The notes beneath the pieces were generated by a model. That model made no database searches and was not told where the DNA came from. It saw only the letters and a list, made by a program, of their open reading frames with translations. Made by a program: the position numbers and the translations under genes. Of a DNA stretch of 64,000 nt, positions 53,548-64,000 are shown one piece after another. Numbering within the stretch: position 1 is the first letter of the stretch; every line of letters begins with the position of its first letter. The stretch lies in contig CAVVMW010000006.1 in assembly GCA_963749495.1 (NCBI GenBank), positions 1,152,001 to 1,216,000 of the forward strand. The letters run 5' to 3'. This stretch comes from an uncultured bacterium. GTDB lineage: Bacteria > Verrucomicrobiota > Verrucomicrobiia > Limisphaerales > UBA8199.

Positions 53548-55204
53548 TTAGGCGGGTCTGGGGTTGGGTGGTAAAGTCAGGAGGTTTTGTTCCAAGGCCT
53601 GGATTTTCTTGAGCGCTTTGTCGCGGGCCGGCCCTTCCAACTGGAGCACTTCGCGGGTGAACGTCACCAGCGGCATCTGGGTGTAGGCGTAGCCCAGATA
53701 AATCACGACCCACTGCTGGTGCAGATTGAGTTGCTGGACCAGGGATTCGGGCGTGAGATTGGCCAGGGTTTCTTCGACAAACTTCCACAATTGCCACTGC
53801 CGTAGCGTATAGGTCAGGAGGATCATCACCACCTGGGCGGTGATCGCGTTGAAGCTGCGGGAACGGAAGTCGGTCAAATCGTAGAAGCATTTGAGTTGCC
53901 GATGCCGCTCTTCAATGGCGGGGCGTTTGCCATAGAGCTCGATCATCTGGAGCGGTTGGGCGGCCGGGTTGGTCGTCATGAGCGCCCAGTCATCGTGATG
54001 GCCGTCGGCGTAGTGGTCGCGGAGCAACACCACCTGAATGGGCACGGTGGCGGCGGTCCAACTGGTGAAGTCTTTGAGGGCGCAGAACTCGGTGTGCGTC
54101 CGCAGGTCTGCCGGCGAGGGCGGTGGCTGCTCCGCCCGCAACAGGGCCAACTTTTTCTGTCGTTTGGCTTCCCGGCGCCGGATGAGTTCGGGCCGTTGCG
54201 GCGGGACTTGGGGGACTGAGGGCGTGGGTTCTGGACGGCGTTGCCAGACTCCTTGAGGGGCCAGGGCCCAGGCATCGGTCCAAATATCCATGTTCTTCTT
54301 CATCGGGATAAGCACGTCGATGCCCCACTCCCGCTTGCAGCGGCTGATGCGCTCTCCGTCAATAAACCCGCGATCCAGGACCAGCCACTTGATAACGCCC
54401 TGGCCCACGCTGGCCACAAACCGGGCCACCAATTCATCATAGAAGGGGCCGACCTCGTGGGCGTTGCCAGCCACCAGCAGCGCCCCCCCGTAGAACGTAA
54501 CACCCCCCGCGCAAATGCAGCAAACTGATCCATTTGTAGCACCGCTCCCGGTGCGCCCGCTTGCGCTGCTCGGGCGTGAGCGATTCATAGTCCACCGGGT
54601 GATTGTGCTCGTCGAACCACATCAGCACGCTGCCTTCATAGGCGGGGTTGTCCGGCACAAACAGATAGGAGGCGTCGCCGATGAAAATGCCGGCCGGGTC
54701 GAAAAAGCCGTATTGCTGGAAGACCTTTTGGACAGTGGTGTTAAGCCACTCCAGCCATTGCGCGGCGGGCACGTCCTTGAGGGCCTTGCGCAGGGTGTCC
54801 TGGTCGCAGGGGGTGGTGCGGTCGTAGCTGTTCTTGTCGTTGAAGCCCTGGCAGGCCAAGACCCAGCGTTGGGTTTGGGGGTCCAGGTGCTTGGTCGCCA
54901 GGTCGGGCGGCAACGCGGCCAACAAGCCCCCACAGCGCACCACCTGTTCGAAAGCCAGGAAGGAGTTTTGCTGATGGAGTTTCAAGCTGAGGTTGGCCGC
55001 CAAGATGAACCACCGGGGCACCTCCTCCTTCTTGCGGACGGTGGGCAGGTCCTGGGCCAGATGGAGCAAGAGCCGTTCTTTGAAGCAGCGCTCGAAGAAA
55101 TCCCGTTCGTCGGCCTGGCCGAGGATTTCCAGGGCGTCGAACTCACCTTGGCGAAAGGCGTCCAGGACTCGTTGGGGATGATATTCGATGAAAGCCAGGT
55201 CCAT
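53548..55204 (-). CDS. DDE transposase (frameshift near 54495)
   Basis: FIGDASY, LVLDRGFIDG and YGKRPAIEERHRQLK (YREK-like) motifs. Confidence 0.88.
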
Positions 55205-55602
55205 CAGGGGGATCGCGCTTTGGTTTTGGGTTTGGGCCAGACCACGCTCAGGCTCTGGGCCAGTTGGTCGGCCAAGGCCAGGAGGGCCGCGGTTTGCTTG
55301 CCGAACCGGGCGCGGGCGCGCTGGTAGCGGCGCCAGGCCCCGGCCCATTGGCGGACTTGGGCGCGCTGGCCGGGTGGGACGCTGTAGAGTTTGTGGCGGC
55401 CGGCCTCGCTGCGGGTGAGGACCCAGGCGGGGTGGAGCCGGCCATGGGCGCAACGGCAGGAGGCTTTGCCGCATTTGCGGCGCATGAGGTAGAAGGAGCC
55501 CGGGGTCATGGGCTGGTCCGGGGTCATGGCCCGGAGGGTGCGGCCCAAGGCCCGGCAGGCACACCAGAGGCGCTGGCGAAGCCTGGAGGTTTTCGCCTTC
55601 AT
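55204..55602 (-). CDS. DUF6788-family IS accessory protein
   Basis: GSFYLMRRKCGKASCRCAHGRLHP; TGATG-coupled to the transposase. Confidence 0.85.
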   Translation of the reverse strand: MKAKTSRLRQRLWCACRALGRTLRAMTPDQPMTPGSFYLMRRKCGKASCRCAHGRLHPAWVLTRSEAGRHKLYSVPPGQRAQVRQWAGAWRRYQRARARFGKQTAALLALADQLAQSLSVVWPKPKTKARSP

Positions 55603-56122
55603 CTGTGTTTATATATATATTACTAGACACAGATTGCAAGCGCAAAATTCAAAAAAAGTGAAAAAAGATGCGGGAGGTCCGGCGGGCCCATGGGGGAGGC
55701 AAACCGTGCCGGGCGGTGACACGGGGGATGAGGGGGAGCGGGAGCTGCTGGGGCCCGGGCAGAGGGCCGGACTAATCTGTATTCTATAGTATTATAGTAA
55801 ACACAGAAAGGTATGCCTGCGAGCGCCTCCGAGTGAAAAATCTGCTGGTGGGGGTAGCGGCCCTGCCAAACAAATGGTTTTTAGGCGGTTTTAGAAAGCC
55901 CTCCCCCAGTGTCTGAATCGCAGAAACTCCGTGACTTCGGCGAAGAGAATCGCTTGAACTGATGTTTATGTCCAATGTCCAATATTTGGACATGGGGAAT
56001 GGACCCCATAGGATTTTGTTCGCGACTCGATGATTTTGGTTGTGGCAATAAAAATGCTGGTGTTTGGCCAAAGAATTCGATTGCCAAGATTTTGGACACG
56101 TGCTAGAATCGAGCCTTAACTG

Positions 56123-56356
56123 TTGGCTGAGCTTATGAATCGCATCAAAACCAGAACTGATTTCCTTTGTGCGCGCTCGTCCTTTTTGACCGGCATTGGC
56201 AGCGTTTTGAATATTCGAGGCGACTTCTTTGATTATAACCGATCCGAAGATGCAGATGCAATTGCCATCTCGGAGGATTGGCGTGCCGTTGGACGGGATA
56301 TTCAGGACGCTCTTGATAAAGCTCGCGTTGAGTTTGGCCCAGTTCCTCAAGAATGA
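56123..56356 (+). CDS. Small hypothetical protein
   Basis: SFLTGIGSVLNI.G...DADAIAISEDWRAVGRDI; ATGA overlap with the next gene; lower GC; start may be ATG 56135. Confidence 0.7.
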   Translation: MAELMNRIKTRTDFLCARSSFLTGIGSVLNIRGDFFDYNRSEDADAIAISEDWRAVGRDIQDALDKARVEFGPVPQE

Positions 56357-56934
56357 GCAATGGCTCCGAGTCCAGCGGTCCGCCCGCCATCCCTGAACCA
56401 TCAAAGACCGAGCGGAAGGGGCTTGACGAGGCCCCCGAGGTTTTGGAGCCAGTTCCTGAGAAAAAGGGGCCGCAGCGCCAAATGAGCGTAATCCACGAGG
56501 AAGTATCTATTCGAGCCGGTCCATTGCCAGCTCCAAAGGAACTTGCGGCTTATGATGCGATTATTCCAGACGGCGCAAATCGCATCATGAAGATGGCCGA
56601 AGATCAAAGCGCCCACCGAATAAGGATCGAGGGCCTCGTGATCAAGAGCCAACAAAGGCAGTCGCAATGCGGGCAGTGGTTTGGCTTGATAATTGGACTT
56701 TGTGGGTTGGGTTTATCAACATATGCTGCAATCAGGGGCCAGCCCACGTTTGGGGCAATAATTGGTGGGACGACGCTTGTAGGCCTGGTTACAGCGTTTC
56801 TCACGTCGCAAGATAAACAGAAGGCCGACTTACAAACAAAGCGCGAGCAAATGAACGGTGCCGAGCGTGAACCGAGTCAAGGAGACCAGCAGCAACAAAT
56901 AGAAAACCGCAAGCCCCCGCCCCCTAATGTGTAA
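56353..56934 (+). CDS. DUF2335-family membrane protein
   Basis: GPLPAPKELAAYDAIIPDGANRIMKMAEDQSAHR followed by two TM helices. Confidence 0.88.
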   Translation: MSNGSESSGPPAIPEPSKTERKGLDEAPEVLEPVPEKKGPQRQMSVIHEEVSIRAGPLPAPKELAAYDAIIPDGANRIMKMAEDQSAHRIRIEGLVIKSQQRQSQCGQWFGLIIGLCGLGLSTYAAIRGQPTFGAIIGGTTLVGLVTAFLTSQDKQKADLQTKREQMNGAEREPSQGDQQQQIENRKPPPPNV

Positions 56935-57047
56935 TCCGAACCACCATACCGCAGTCCAACCGAGCACCATCCCCAGATGCCCGCACGCATCGTCCAAATT
57001 AGGACACTACCGAAACTCCGATCCCACACCTTTGCCGGGCCAAACCC

Positions 57048-57250
57048 GGGCTGAAAGCCCGAATGTGACAGCCTGGGCTGGAGCGAGCTTGCGAGCGGAG
57101 GCCCAGGTCACCGGGCCACAACGGCCGCGCGCCGTCTAAGGGCGCCATAAGGTCCCGGCCTTACAGCCCGGGGCTTTTCGAGGGGCACTCGCTTACCCGG
57201 GCCTCCGCTCCGCTCCAGCCCGGGCTATCACATGGCGGGCCTTCGGCCCT
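57048..57250. repeat. Palindromic REP-like element (GGGCTGAAAGCCC...GGGCCTTCGGCCC)
   Basis: Inverted arms AGCCTGGGCTGGAGCG / CGCTCCAGCCCGGGCT. Confidence 0.75.
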
Positions 57251-57454
57251 GGGGCGCCGCGTCGGGACGCGCCCTGAGCTCTGTCCCTCGACCCGTGTCC
57301 CTCCTTACCCCCGCGCGGACCTTCTTAATCACGTTTCACGTTTCACGTTTCACGCACCCCCGCGCGCCCCCCGCGGAACTTTTTCCCCCAAAGATTGTCC
57401 AACCAGAATAGACTGGCCAAACGGGCGGGGTTATCGCACGTTCTGGCCCAGGCC

Positions 57455-59396
57455 ATGAGCGAACTTGAGGTCATCAAATCGGCGCTCTGCGGAGCGGCCC
57501 GACGGCGTCGCTGGGCAAGGGCGTTGCGCGGGTTATGGAGCGGCTTGCTGGTTGGGGCGGTGGTTTCGCTGCTGTTGGATGGGGCCTGGCATTTGTGGCC
57601 GCTGCCGCTGTGGACGCGGGTGGCGGTGGGGCTGGCGCCGTTTCCGTTCATGCTGGCCGGGCTGGCGCTAGGGGGGTGGCGCGCCCCGGTGATGAGCCAG
57701 GTGGCCCGCTGGGTGGACCGGCGGCAGCAACTCAAGGAGCGCCTGAGCACCGCGCTCGAAGTGGCCTCGGAGCCCAAGGCGGGTGCGTGGCGCGAATTGG
57801 TGCTGGCGGACGCCGCGCAGCACGCCCGGCAGATCGACCCGCGCCAGCTCGTGCCGTTGAACCTGCCCAAAACGGTCACCCGCTGGGCGCTGGTGGTCCT
57901 GGCCCTGGTGTCGGGCCTCGGCTTTGTCCCCGAATACCGCAGCAAACAGTTCCTCAAAAGCCAAAACGACCAGCAGGTCATCCGGGAGGCCGGCCGGCAG
58001 CTTGCGGATTTGACGCGCCGCACTCTGCAGGCGCGCGAGCCTGCTATCGAGCCCAAGGCCGAGAAGGCCCTCGAATCCGCGAGCGATTTGGCCGACCGCC
58101 TCACCAAGGCCAGCCTCACCCGGAGCGAGGCCCTCAAAGACATGGCCAACGTGGCCGACAAGCTCAGGGACGAACTTCGGGAGCTGGGCAAGGACCCCGC
58201 CCTCAAGCGCCTCGAACAGGCCGCACGCGCCTCCGGCGCCAGCGACTCCGCGAGCCGCCGGCCTGCAGAAACAGATCGAATCCATGCAAAAACAGCTCGG
58301 CGCGCCCACCGGCAATCCCGAGGCGATGGACAAGCTCAAGAAGGAACTCGAGAAACTCCAGGAGGCGGCCAAGGGCGCGAACGACAAGAACGGGCTGGGC
58401 GACGCGGCGAAACGCGAGGAACTCTCGAAGGCGCTCTCGGCGTTGTCGCGCCAGGCGCAGCAGATGGGGTTGCAGGTGCCGTCGCTGGACAGCGCCATCA
58501 ATGCGCTGAAGGCAAACGAGGCCGGGTTGGTCCTCAAAGACCTCCAGGCCTCGGTGACGGACCTGGAGAAACTGCGCGATATGGCCAAGTCCCTCCAGCA
58601 ACTCCAGCAGCAGATGGACAAGCTCGGCAAGGACCTGGCCGAGCAACTCAAGAACGGCCAGCCCGAGGCCGCCCAGGGGACGCTCAAGAAGATGGCCGCC
58701 CAGCTCAAGGCGGCCAATCTCCCGCCGGACCAACTCCAGAAGATCGCCCAGGAAGTGGCCCAGGCAGTGGCCCCGGCGGGCAACTACGGCAAGTTGGCGG
58801 ACATGTTGCAGAAGGCCGGCCAACAGATGGGCGCGGGCGACCAGGCCGGCGCGTCCCAGTCGCTGGCGGCGGCGGCCAAGGAGTTGGAGCGGCTGGCCGC
58901 GCAAATGGGCGATGCCAAGGCGCTGGCGGCGGAATTGGAGGCCCTGAACGAGGCCGCATTGGCCGTCGGCACCGGCCAGCACTGGCGGCCCGGGCAACAC
59001 CAGGGCCAGCCCCGCATGGGCGAGGGCGGCGAGCCCGGCGGCGGCGTCGGCACCTGGGCCGATGAAAACGCCCAATGGGACGGCCGATGGAGCCAGCATT
59101 GGGACAACACGGGCGTCGAGCGCCCCGACACCGACCCGCGGGGCCACACCGACCGCGGCGAAGGCGAGCTAAGCGACGCGCTCAAGCCGACCAAGGTCCG
59201 GGGGCAATTCTCGCCAGGCGGCCCGATGCCCAGCATCACGTTGCGCGACGTCAGCGTCAAAGGCCAGAGCAAGATCGAGTATGAGGCCGCCGCCGCCGCC
59301 GCACAGTCCGACGCCCAAGCCGCCCTCAGCCACGAGCAGGTCCCCCGCGCTTACCAGGGCACGGTCAAGGACTACTTCGACGACCTCAAGAAGTGA
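57455..59396 (+). CDS. Membrane-anchored coiled-coil protein of the MoxR operon (frameshift near 58255)
   Basis: Three TM segments, LKERLSTALE, long coiled coil, C-terminal VPRAYQGTVKDYF. Confidence 0.8.
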
Positions 59397-59398
59397 AT

Positions 59399-60400
59399 AT
59401 GGAAACCGAACAAGCCATCGAATCTTTTCGCACCACTTACGGGGCCCTGCGCGCCGAGATCGGCAAGGTCATCGTCGGCCACGAGCGCATCGTCGAGGGC
59501 ACGCTGATCGCCCTGTTTTCCGGGGGGCACGTGCTGCTGGAGGGCGTGCCCGGGCTGGGCAAGACCCTGCTGGTGCGCACGCTCAGCGAGGTGCTCGACC
59601 TGGCCTTCAACCGCATCCAGTTCACGCCCGACCTCATGCCGGCCGACATCCTGGGCACGAACATCGTCATGGAAGCCGCCGGCGGACGGCGCGAGTTCGA
59701 GTTCCAGCGCGGCCCGATCTTCGCCAACCTCATCCTGGCCGACGAAATCAACCGCGCGACCCCCAAGACACAGTCGGCGCTGCTGGAGGCGATGCAGGAG
59801 CACCAGGTGACGGCCGGCGGCCAATTGCGCCGGCTCATCGAGCCGTTCTTCGTGATGGCCACGCAGAACCCGATCGACCAGGAGGGCACCTATCCGTTGC
59901 CCGAGGCGCAACTGGACCGGTTCTTCTTCAAGATCCTCGTCGGCTATCCCTCCGGCGAGGAGCTGGCCGAGGTCCTCACCCGCACCACCGCCGGCGCCCG
60001 CATCGGCGTCGATAAGGTCCTCGATGGCGCCAGGCTCATCGAATTGATGCAGTTGGTGCGCGAGGTCCCCGTGGCTTCCCATGTCAAGGACTACGCGGTC
60101 CGGCTCGTCCAGGCCACCCATCCCAAGACCGAGACCGGCGCGCCCATTGCCTCCCAGTACCTGCGCTTCGGCAGCAGCCCGCGCGGCGGCCAGGCCCTGA
60201 TCCTGGCCGGCAAAGTCCGCGCCCTCATCGATGGCCGCTTCAACGTCAGCTTCGACAACCTCGAGGCCGTCGCCCCAGCCGCCCTGCGCCACCGGCTCAT
60301 CCTCAACTTCGAGGCCGAAGCCGAGGGCATCACGACCGACCACATCATCGCCCAGGTCCTCAAGGACGTGCCTCAAGACGCGCAGGCCGTCAATGCGTGA
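59399..60400 (+). CDS. moxR: MoxR-family AAA+ ATPase
   Basis: GHVLLEGVPGLGKT, RIQFTPDLMPADILG, DEINRATPKTQSALLE and YPLPEAQLDRF motifs. Confidence 0.96.
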   Translation: METEQAIESFRTTYGALRAEIGKVIVGHERIVEGTLIALFSGGHVLLEGVPGLGKTLLVRTLSEVLDLAFNRIQFTPDLMPADILGTNIVMEAAGGRREFEFQRGPIFANLILADEINRATPKTQSALLEAMQEHQVTAGGQLRRLIEPFFVMATQNPIDQEGTYPLPEAQLDRFFFKILVGYPSGEELAEVLTRTTAGARIGVDKVLDGARLIELMQLVREVPVASHVKDYAVRLVQATHPKTETGAPIASQYLRFGSSPRGGQALILAGKVRALIDGRFNVSFDNLEAVAPAALRHRLILNFEAEAEGITTDHIIAQVLKDVPQDAQAVNA

Positions 60401-60410
60401 TGAGCGGCCG

Positions 60411-60680
60411 AGTGCGATTAAAAGCGTCGGGCCTGCGCCTCGGGAGTTTTGTCCCGGAGGGACATCTGACAATAGCCCGGCGTTTCAACGCCGGGGAGGC
60501 CACAAAACGGACCCTCGTCCCGAAGGGACGATTGAGAACACTCCTTGCTTTCAGCCGTCCCTTCGGGACGGACCTGCTCCTTGGGTCCGCTCACCCGGCG
60601 TTGAAACGCCGGGCTATTGTCGGAAGCCCCTGCGGGGCAAAACCACGCCGTGGGCTGACCGACAGTTTTAATCGCACCCC
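60411..60680. repeat. ~270-bp palindromic MITE/REPIN-like element (GTGCGATTAAAA...TTTTAATCGCAC)
   Basis: Terminal and internal inverted repeats (ACAATAGCCCGGCGTTTCAACGCCGGG). Confidence 0.88.
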
Positions 60681-60711
60681 GACCAGCCCGTGCGCGGTCC
60701 CGTGACACCCG

Positions 60712-61641
60712 ATGCCCCCTCCGCTCCTCACCCCTGAGCTCCTGCGCCGGCTCGAGCAGTTCCAACTCCTGGCAGCCCGCCGCGCCAAGAGCTCCGCCAA
60801 AGGCGAGCGCCGCAGCCGCGCCCGCGGCCAATCCGTCGAGTTCGCCGACTACCGCGATTACGTCCCCGGCGACGACTTCCGCTACCTGGATTGGAACCTC
60901 TACGGGCGGCTGGAACGGCTGTTTCTCAAACTCTACGAAGAGGAGCGCGAACTGCCCGTGCGCATCTTCCTGGATGCCAGCGAATCGATGACGTTTGGCG
61001 AGCCGCGCAAATTCGACTTCGCCCGGCAGGTCGCCGCCGCCGTGGGCTATGTGGCCCTCTCGGGCTTTGACCGGGTCAGCGTGATCCCCTTTCCTGAGCT
61101 TGCCGGCAGCGACGGGCCGAATCGCGCCGAGCGCATGGCGGAACTGGCGGCGCGGGGCGCGTTGCGCTCGGTCCGTGGCAAGCGCTCGGCCATCCAGTTC
61201 TTCAGCAACCTGAGCGCCTTGAGCGCCGGCGGCCCGGCTAACCTGAACCAGACCCTGCGCCGGGGCGCCATCGAGGCCCGCCACGCCGGCGTCGCCATCG
61301 TGCTGAGCGATTTCCTGGACCCGGCCGGCTATGACTCGGGCCTGACGGCGCTGGTCGGGCGGGGTTTCCAGGTGGACCTGGTCCAGATCCTGGCCCCCGA
61401 GGAGTTGTCGCCGGTGACGTTCGGCGATTTGCGGCTGGTGGATAGCGAGACTGGCGCGATGCAGGAGGTCACCTTCGGCCGCTACCGGATGAAGGCCTAC
61501 CGGCAAACCGTGCAGAACTTCATCCAGCGCCTCCGCGAGTTCTGCCAGGGCCGCGGCATCAACTTCTTCACCGCCAGCTCGAACACGCCGCTGGAGGAAC
61601 TGCTCCTGAAGCAGCTCAGAAAGGCGGAGGTGTGGGGGTGA
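60712..61641 (+). CDS. DUF58 protein
   Basis: GQSVEFADYRDYVPGDDFRYLDWN, LDASESM and VLSDF motifs. Confidence 0.93.
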   Translation: MPPPLLTPELLRRLEQFQLLAARRAKSSAKGERRSRARGQSVEFADYRDYVPGDDFRYLDWNLYGRLERLFLKLYEEERELPVRIFLDASESMTFGEPRKFDFARQVAAAVGYVALSGFDRVSVIPFPELAGSDGPNRAERMAELAARGALRSVRGKRSAIQFFSNLSALSAGGPANLNQTLRRGAIEARHAGVAIVLSDFLDPAGYDSGLTALVGRGFQVDLVQILAPEELSPVTFGDLRLVDSETGAMQEVTFGRYRMKAYRQTVQNFIQRLREFCQGRGINFFTASSNTPLEELLLKQLRKAEVWG

Positions 61642-61817
61642 GGAATGACGAATGACGAATGACGAATGACGAATGCGGAGCAAAGAGAATGGGATTCCCG
61701 GGTATGCGGGGGTTCTGATCGCGGGTTTCCTCCCGAGGCGACGTGTCATCGGTTGGTGTCCGGCCGATTCGTCATTCGTCATTCGTCATTCGTCATTCCG
61801 CGCCCGGTACCTGGGAC

Positions 61818-63659
61818 ATGCACTTCCTAAGCCCAACTGCCCTCGCCTTCGCCGCCACCATCCCGGTGGTGGTGCTCTTCTACCTGCTCAAGCGCCGGCG
61901 GGTGGTGAAGTTGGTCTCCAGCACACTGCTCTGGCGGCGGTTTCTGTCCGAGACCCAGGCCAGCGCGCCGTTCCAGCGGCTGCGGAAGAACTGGCTCTTG
62001 ATTCTCCAGGTCCTCCTGCTGGCGCTGGCGGTGTTCGCCCTGTCGCGGCCTTATTTTGCCGCCAGGGCCAAGCCGGCCCAGTTGCGAGTGGTCATCCTGG
62101 ATGCCTCGGCCTCGATGCAGGCGGTGGATGAATCGCCCTCGCGTTTCGAGAAGGCCCGCGCCGAGGCGCTCAAATGGGTGGACAGCCTGGCCGGGAGCGA
62201 CCAGATGGTGGTGTTGCTGGCTGGGGCCAATGCCGAGGTCAAGCAGTCGGCCACCAGCGAGAAGGTCCTGCTGCGCCGCGCCTTGGCGGCCTGCGCCTGC
62301 TCGGATTCCCCCACGCGCCTGCTCCCCGCCCTCAGGATGGCCGAGTCCCTCGTGCGCCACCAGAACGATGCCGAGGTCCACCTCTTCAGCGACGGCGCCG
62401 CCCCGGAGTTGGACCAGTTCGAGAGCAAAGACCGGCCGCTGCCGCTCATCTATCATCGGGTCGGCAAGGGCTCGAACAACCTTGGCATCACCGGCCTGGA
62501 CGCCCGCGCCAATCCCGAGGACACCCGGCAACGGGCCGTCTATGCCAACATTGCCAATTTCTCGACCAACAACCTCGATACCGAAGTCGAGTTGTTGTTC
62601 GAGGAGCGGCTCATCCAGACGCGCCCGCTGAGCGTGCCCGCCGGCCAAAGCTCGCCCCAGGTCTTCATTGCCAACCAGGCCCGCAACGGGGTCTTCACGG
62701 TCCGGCTGACCGCCAAAGACGACCTGGCCGCGGACAACCAGGCCTCGATCGTGAGCCTGTTGCCCAAGCCGGTGAAGGTCCTGCTGGTCACACGCGGCAA
62801 CCGGTTCCTGGAGCGGGCCCTGCGCGCCGCCCCCGGCGTGGACCTCGCGGTGGCCCCCGACTTGGCCGAGCCGGGCGCCGGCTACGACTTCGTGGTGCTC
62901 GACGCCGTCGCGCCCACGGTTTGGCCGAAGGGCAACGTCCTGGCGATTCACGTCCCCAACACCAACTGGGTCGAGAGCATGACCAGCGTCGAGTGGCCGC
63001 CCATTGTGGACTGGCGCAGCGCGCACCCGCTCATGCGGTACACCAGCTTCGACAACGTCCAGGTCAAGGAGAGTCTCACGGCCAAGACCCCCAGTTGGGC
63101 GGTCTCGCTGGCGGACGCGCCGCAGGCCTCGCTCATGCTGGCCGGCGACTTGGGCCGGCAACGCATCATCTGGATCGGCTTCGACCTGCTCGATAGCAAC
63201 TGGCCCCTGCGGGTCTCGTTCCCCATCTTCATCGCCAACGCCGTCGAGTGGCTCAACCCGGCCAATGCCCAGGGCAGCCAGTTGCTGGTCAAGGCGGGCG
63301 AGACCTTCCGCCTGGCCCTGGCACGCCCGGAAACCAGCGCGCAAGTGACCTACCCCGGCGGCCAGACCCGCACCCTGCCCCTCGACCCCAACGCCAACGA
63401 ATTCGTCTTCGGCGACACCTTCAAGCAAGGCGTCTATCAACTCCACCTGGGCACCAATGACACCGTCTTTTGCGTGAACCTCCTCGACGCCGCCGAGAGC
63501 AACATCCAACCCCGCGAGGAGCTGCAACTGGGCAAATACACCAAGGTGCGGGCGACCTCGATGCAGCGCGCCAATATGGAGGTCTGGCGCACGATTGCCG
63601 GCCTGGCCCTGCTCGTCCTGCTGGGCGAGTGGTGGTACTACCATCGGAGGACCGTCTGA
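61818..63659 (+). CDS. BatA N-terminal + vWA domain membrane protein
   Basis: MHFLSP..., YLLKRRR, ILDASASM (MIDAS), LFSDG; C-terminal TM LLGEWW. Confidence 0.9.
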   Translation: MHFLSPTALAFAATIPVVVLFYLLKRRRVVKLVSSTLLWRRFLSETQASAPFQRLRKNWLLILQVLLLALAVFALSRPYFAARAKPAQLRVVILDASASMQAVDESPSRFEKARAEALKWVDSLAGSDQMVVLLAGANAEVKQSATSEKVLLRRALAACACSDSPTRLLPALRMAESLVRHQNDAEVHLFSDGAAPELDQFESKDRPLPLIYHRVGKGSNNLGITGLDARANPEDTRQRAVYANIANFSTNNLDTEVELLFEERLIQTRPLSVPAGQSSPQVFIANQARNGVFTVRLTAKDDLAADNQASIVSLLPKPVKVLLVTRGNRFLERALRAAPGVDLAVAPDLAEPGAGYDFVVLDAVAPTVWPKGNVLAIHVPNTNWVESMTSVEWPPIVDWRSAHPLMRYTSFDNVQVKESLTAKTPSWAVSLADAPQASLMLAGDLGRQRIIWIGFDLLDSNWPLRVSFPIFIANAVEWLNPANAQGSQLLVKAGETFRLALARPETSAQVTYPGGQTRTLPLDPNANEFVFGDTFKQGVYQLHLGTNDTVFCVNLLDAAESNIQPREELQLGKYTKVRATSMQRANMEVWRTIAGLALLVLLGEWWYYHRRTV

Positions 63660-63841
63660 GTGCGGAGCGTCCCCAGTGCGGAGTGCGGAATGCGGAGTGG
63701 GCGCGGGCGAACGCCTGAGGAAAACGGGGGCGCCCAGAAGCGGGGTCTGGAATGACGAATGACGAATGACGAATGACGAATGACTGCACACGGGGGCAAA
63801 ATTGCACGTGCCGCGATTGCGCGGGCCAGGACCCTTCAGCA

Positions 63842-63988
63842 CCGCGTAGCGGTGCGTGATGGTAGCTGTGGACTTCCAGTCCACGGATCCATGGCCCAAG
63901 CTCACCCGCGTCGCGTAGCGACGCCTGAAAATACAACTGGAGCCAGATCTGCCAGCGCCGGGCCGTCAGGCGTCGCTACGCGACGCGC
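63842..63988. repeat. Palindromic element (CGCGTCGCGTAGCGACGCCTGA / TCAGGCGTCGCTACGCGACGCG), probably continuing off window
   Basis: Perfect 22-bp inverted arms. Confidence 0.75.
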
Positions 63989-64000
63989 GAGCGTCCGCGC

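Larger units (their letters stand above)
53415..55923 (-). mobile_element. Complete 2509-bp IS (IS4-like DDE) with 25-bp TIRs and 10-bp TSD
   Basis: CTGCGATTCAGACAGTGGGGGAAGG / CCCTCCCCCAGTGTCTGAATCGCAG; AAACTCCGTG duplicated at 53405-53414 and 55924-55933. Confidence 0.92.

Noticed and set aside
56993..57011. Possible mobile-element end (TCCAAATTAGGACACTACC) after DUF2335
   Set aside because: No matching inverted partner found in the window.
61827..63905. Long antisense ORFs (also 43437..45455, 47973..49304, 50497..51864, 11522..12880)
   Set aside because: Shadow frames of well-supported genes in high-GC DNA.

Overview
GC-rich bacterial chromosomal window. The gene set resembles Verrucomicrobiota of the Pedosphaera/Limisphaera type (inference from protein styles and repeat families). 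Contents in order: a Phd-like/MazF-like TA pair; a MacAB-TolC-type efflux operon with sua5 inside it; a DUF350 triad; tRNA-Arg(CCT) with a duplicated 5' half enclosing a small TA relic; a large secreted PA14/PA protein; an ISKra4-family element with a -1 frameshift motif, nested in an older IS and a REP-like element; an ECF sigma + Ser/Thr kinase-WD40 pair divergent from a cluster of secreted fibre-like proteins and a broken C10 peptidase; more TA pairs and a zinc-ribbon GIY-YIG protein; a secreted LamG/Ig protein plus a collapsed relic copy of it; an AAA_14 ATPase; a GltD-like oxidoreductase; a beta-helix protein; a truncated Rpn-like gene next to a type II R-M-like pair; GH95-like and GH29 glycosidases; a double-cubane reductase; a second complete IS with 10-bp target duplication; a DUF2335 pair; and a MoxR-DUF58-BatA/vWA operon. 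Intergenic regions, and several signal-peptide regions, carry many palindromic and heptamer repeat families. About a dozen single-base frameshifts suggest long-read indel errors, so split genes are not assumed to be pseudogenes. All family calls come from motif recognition, not database searches.
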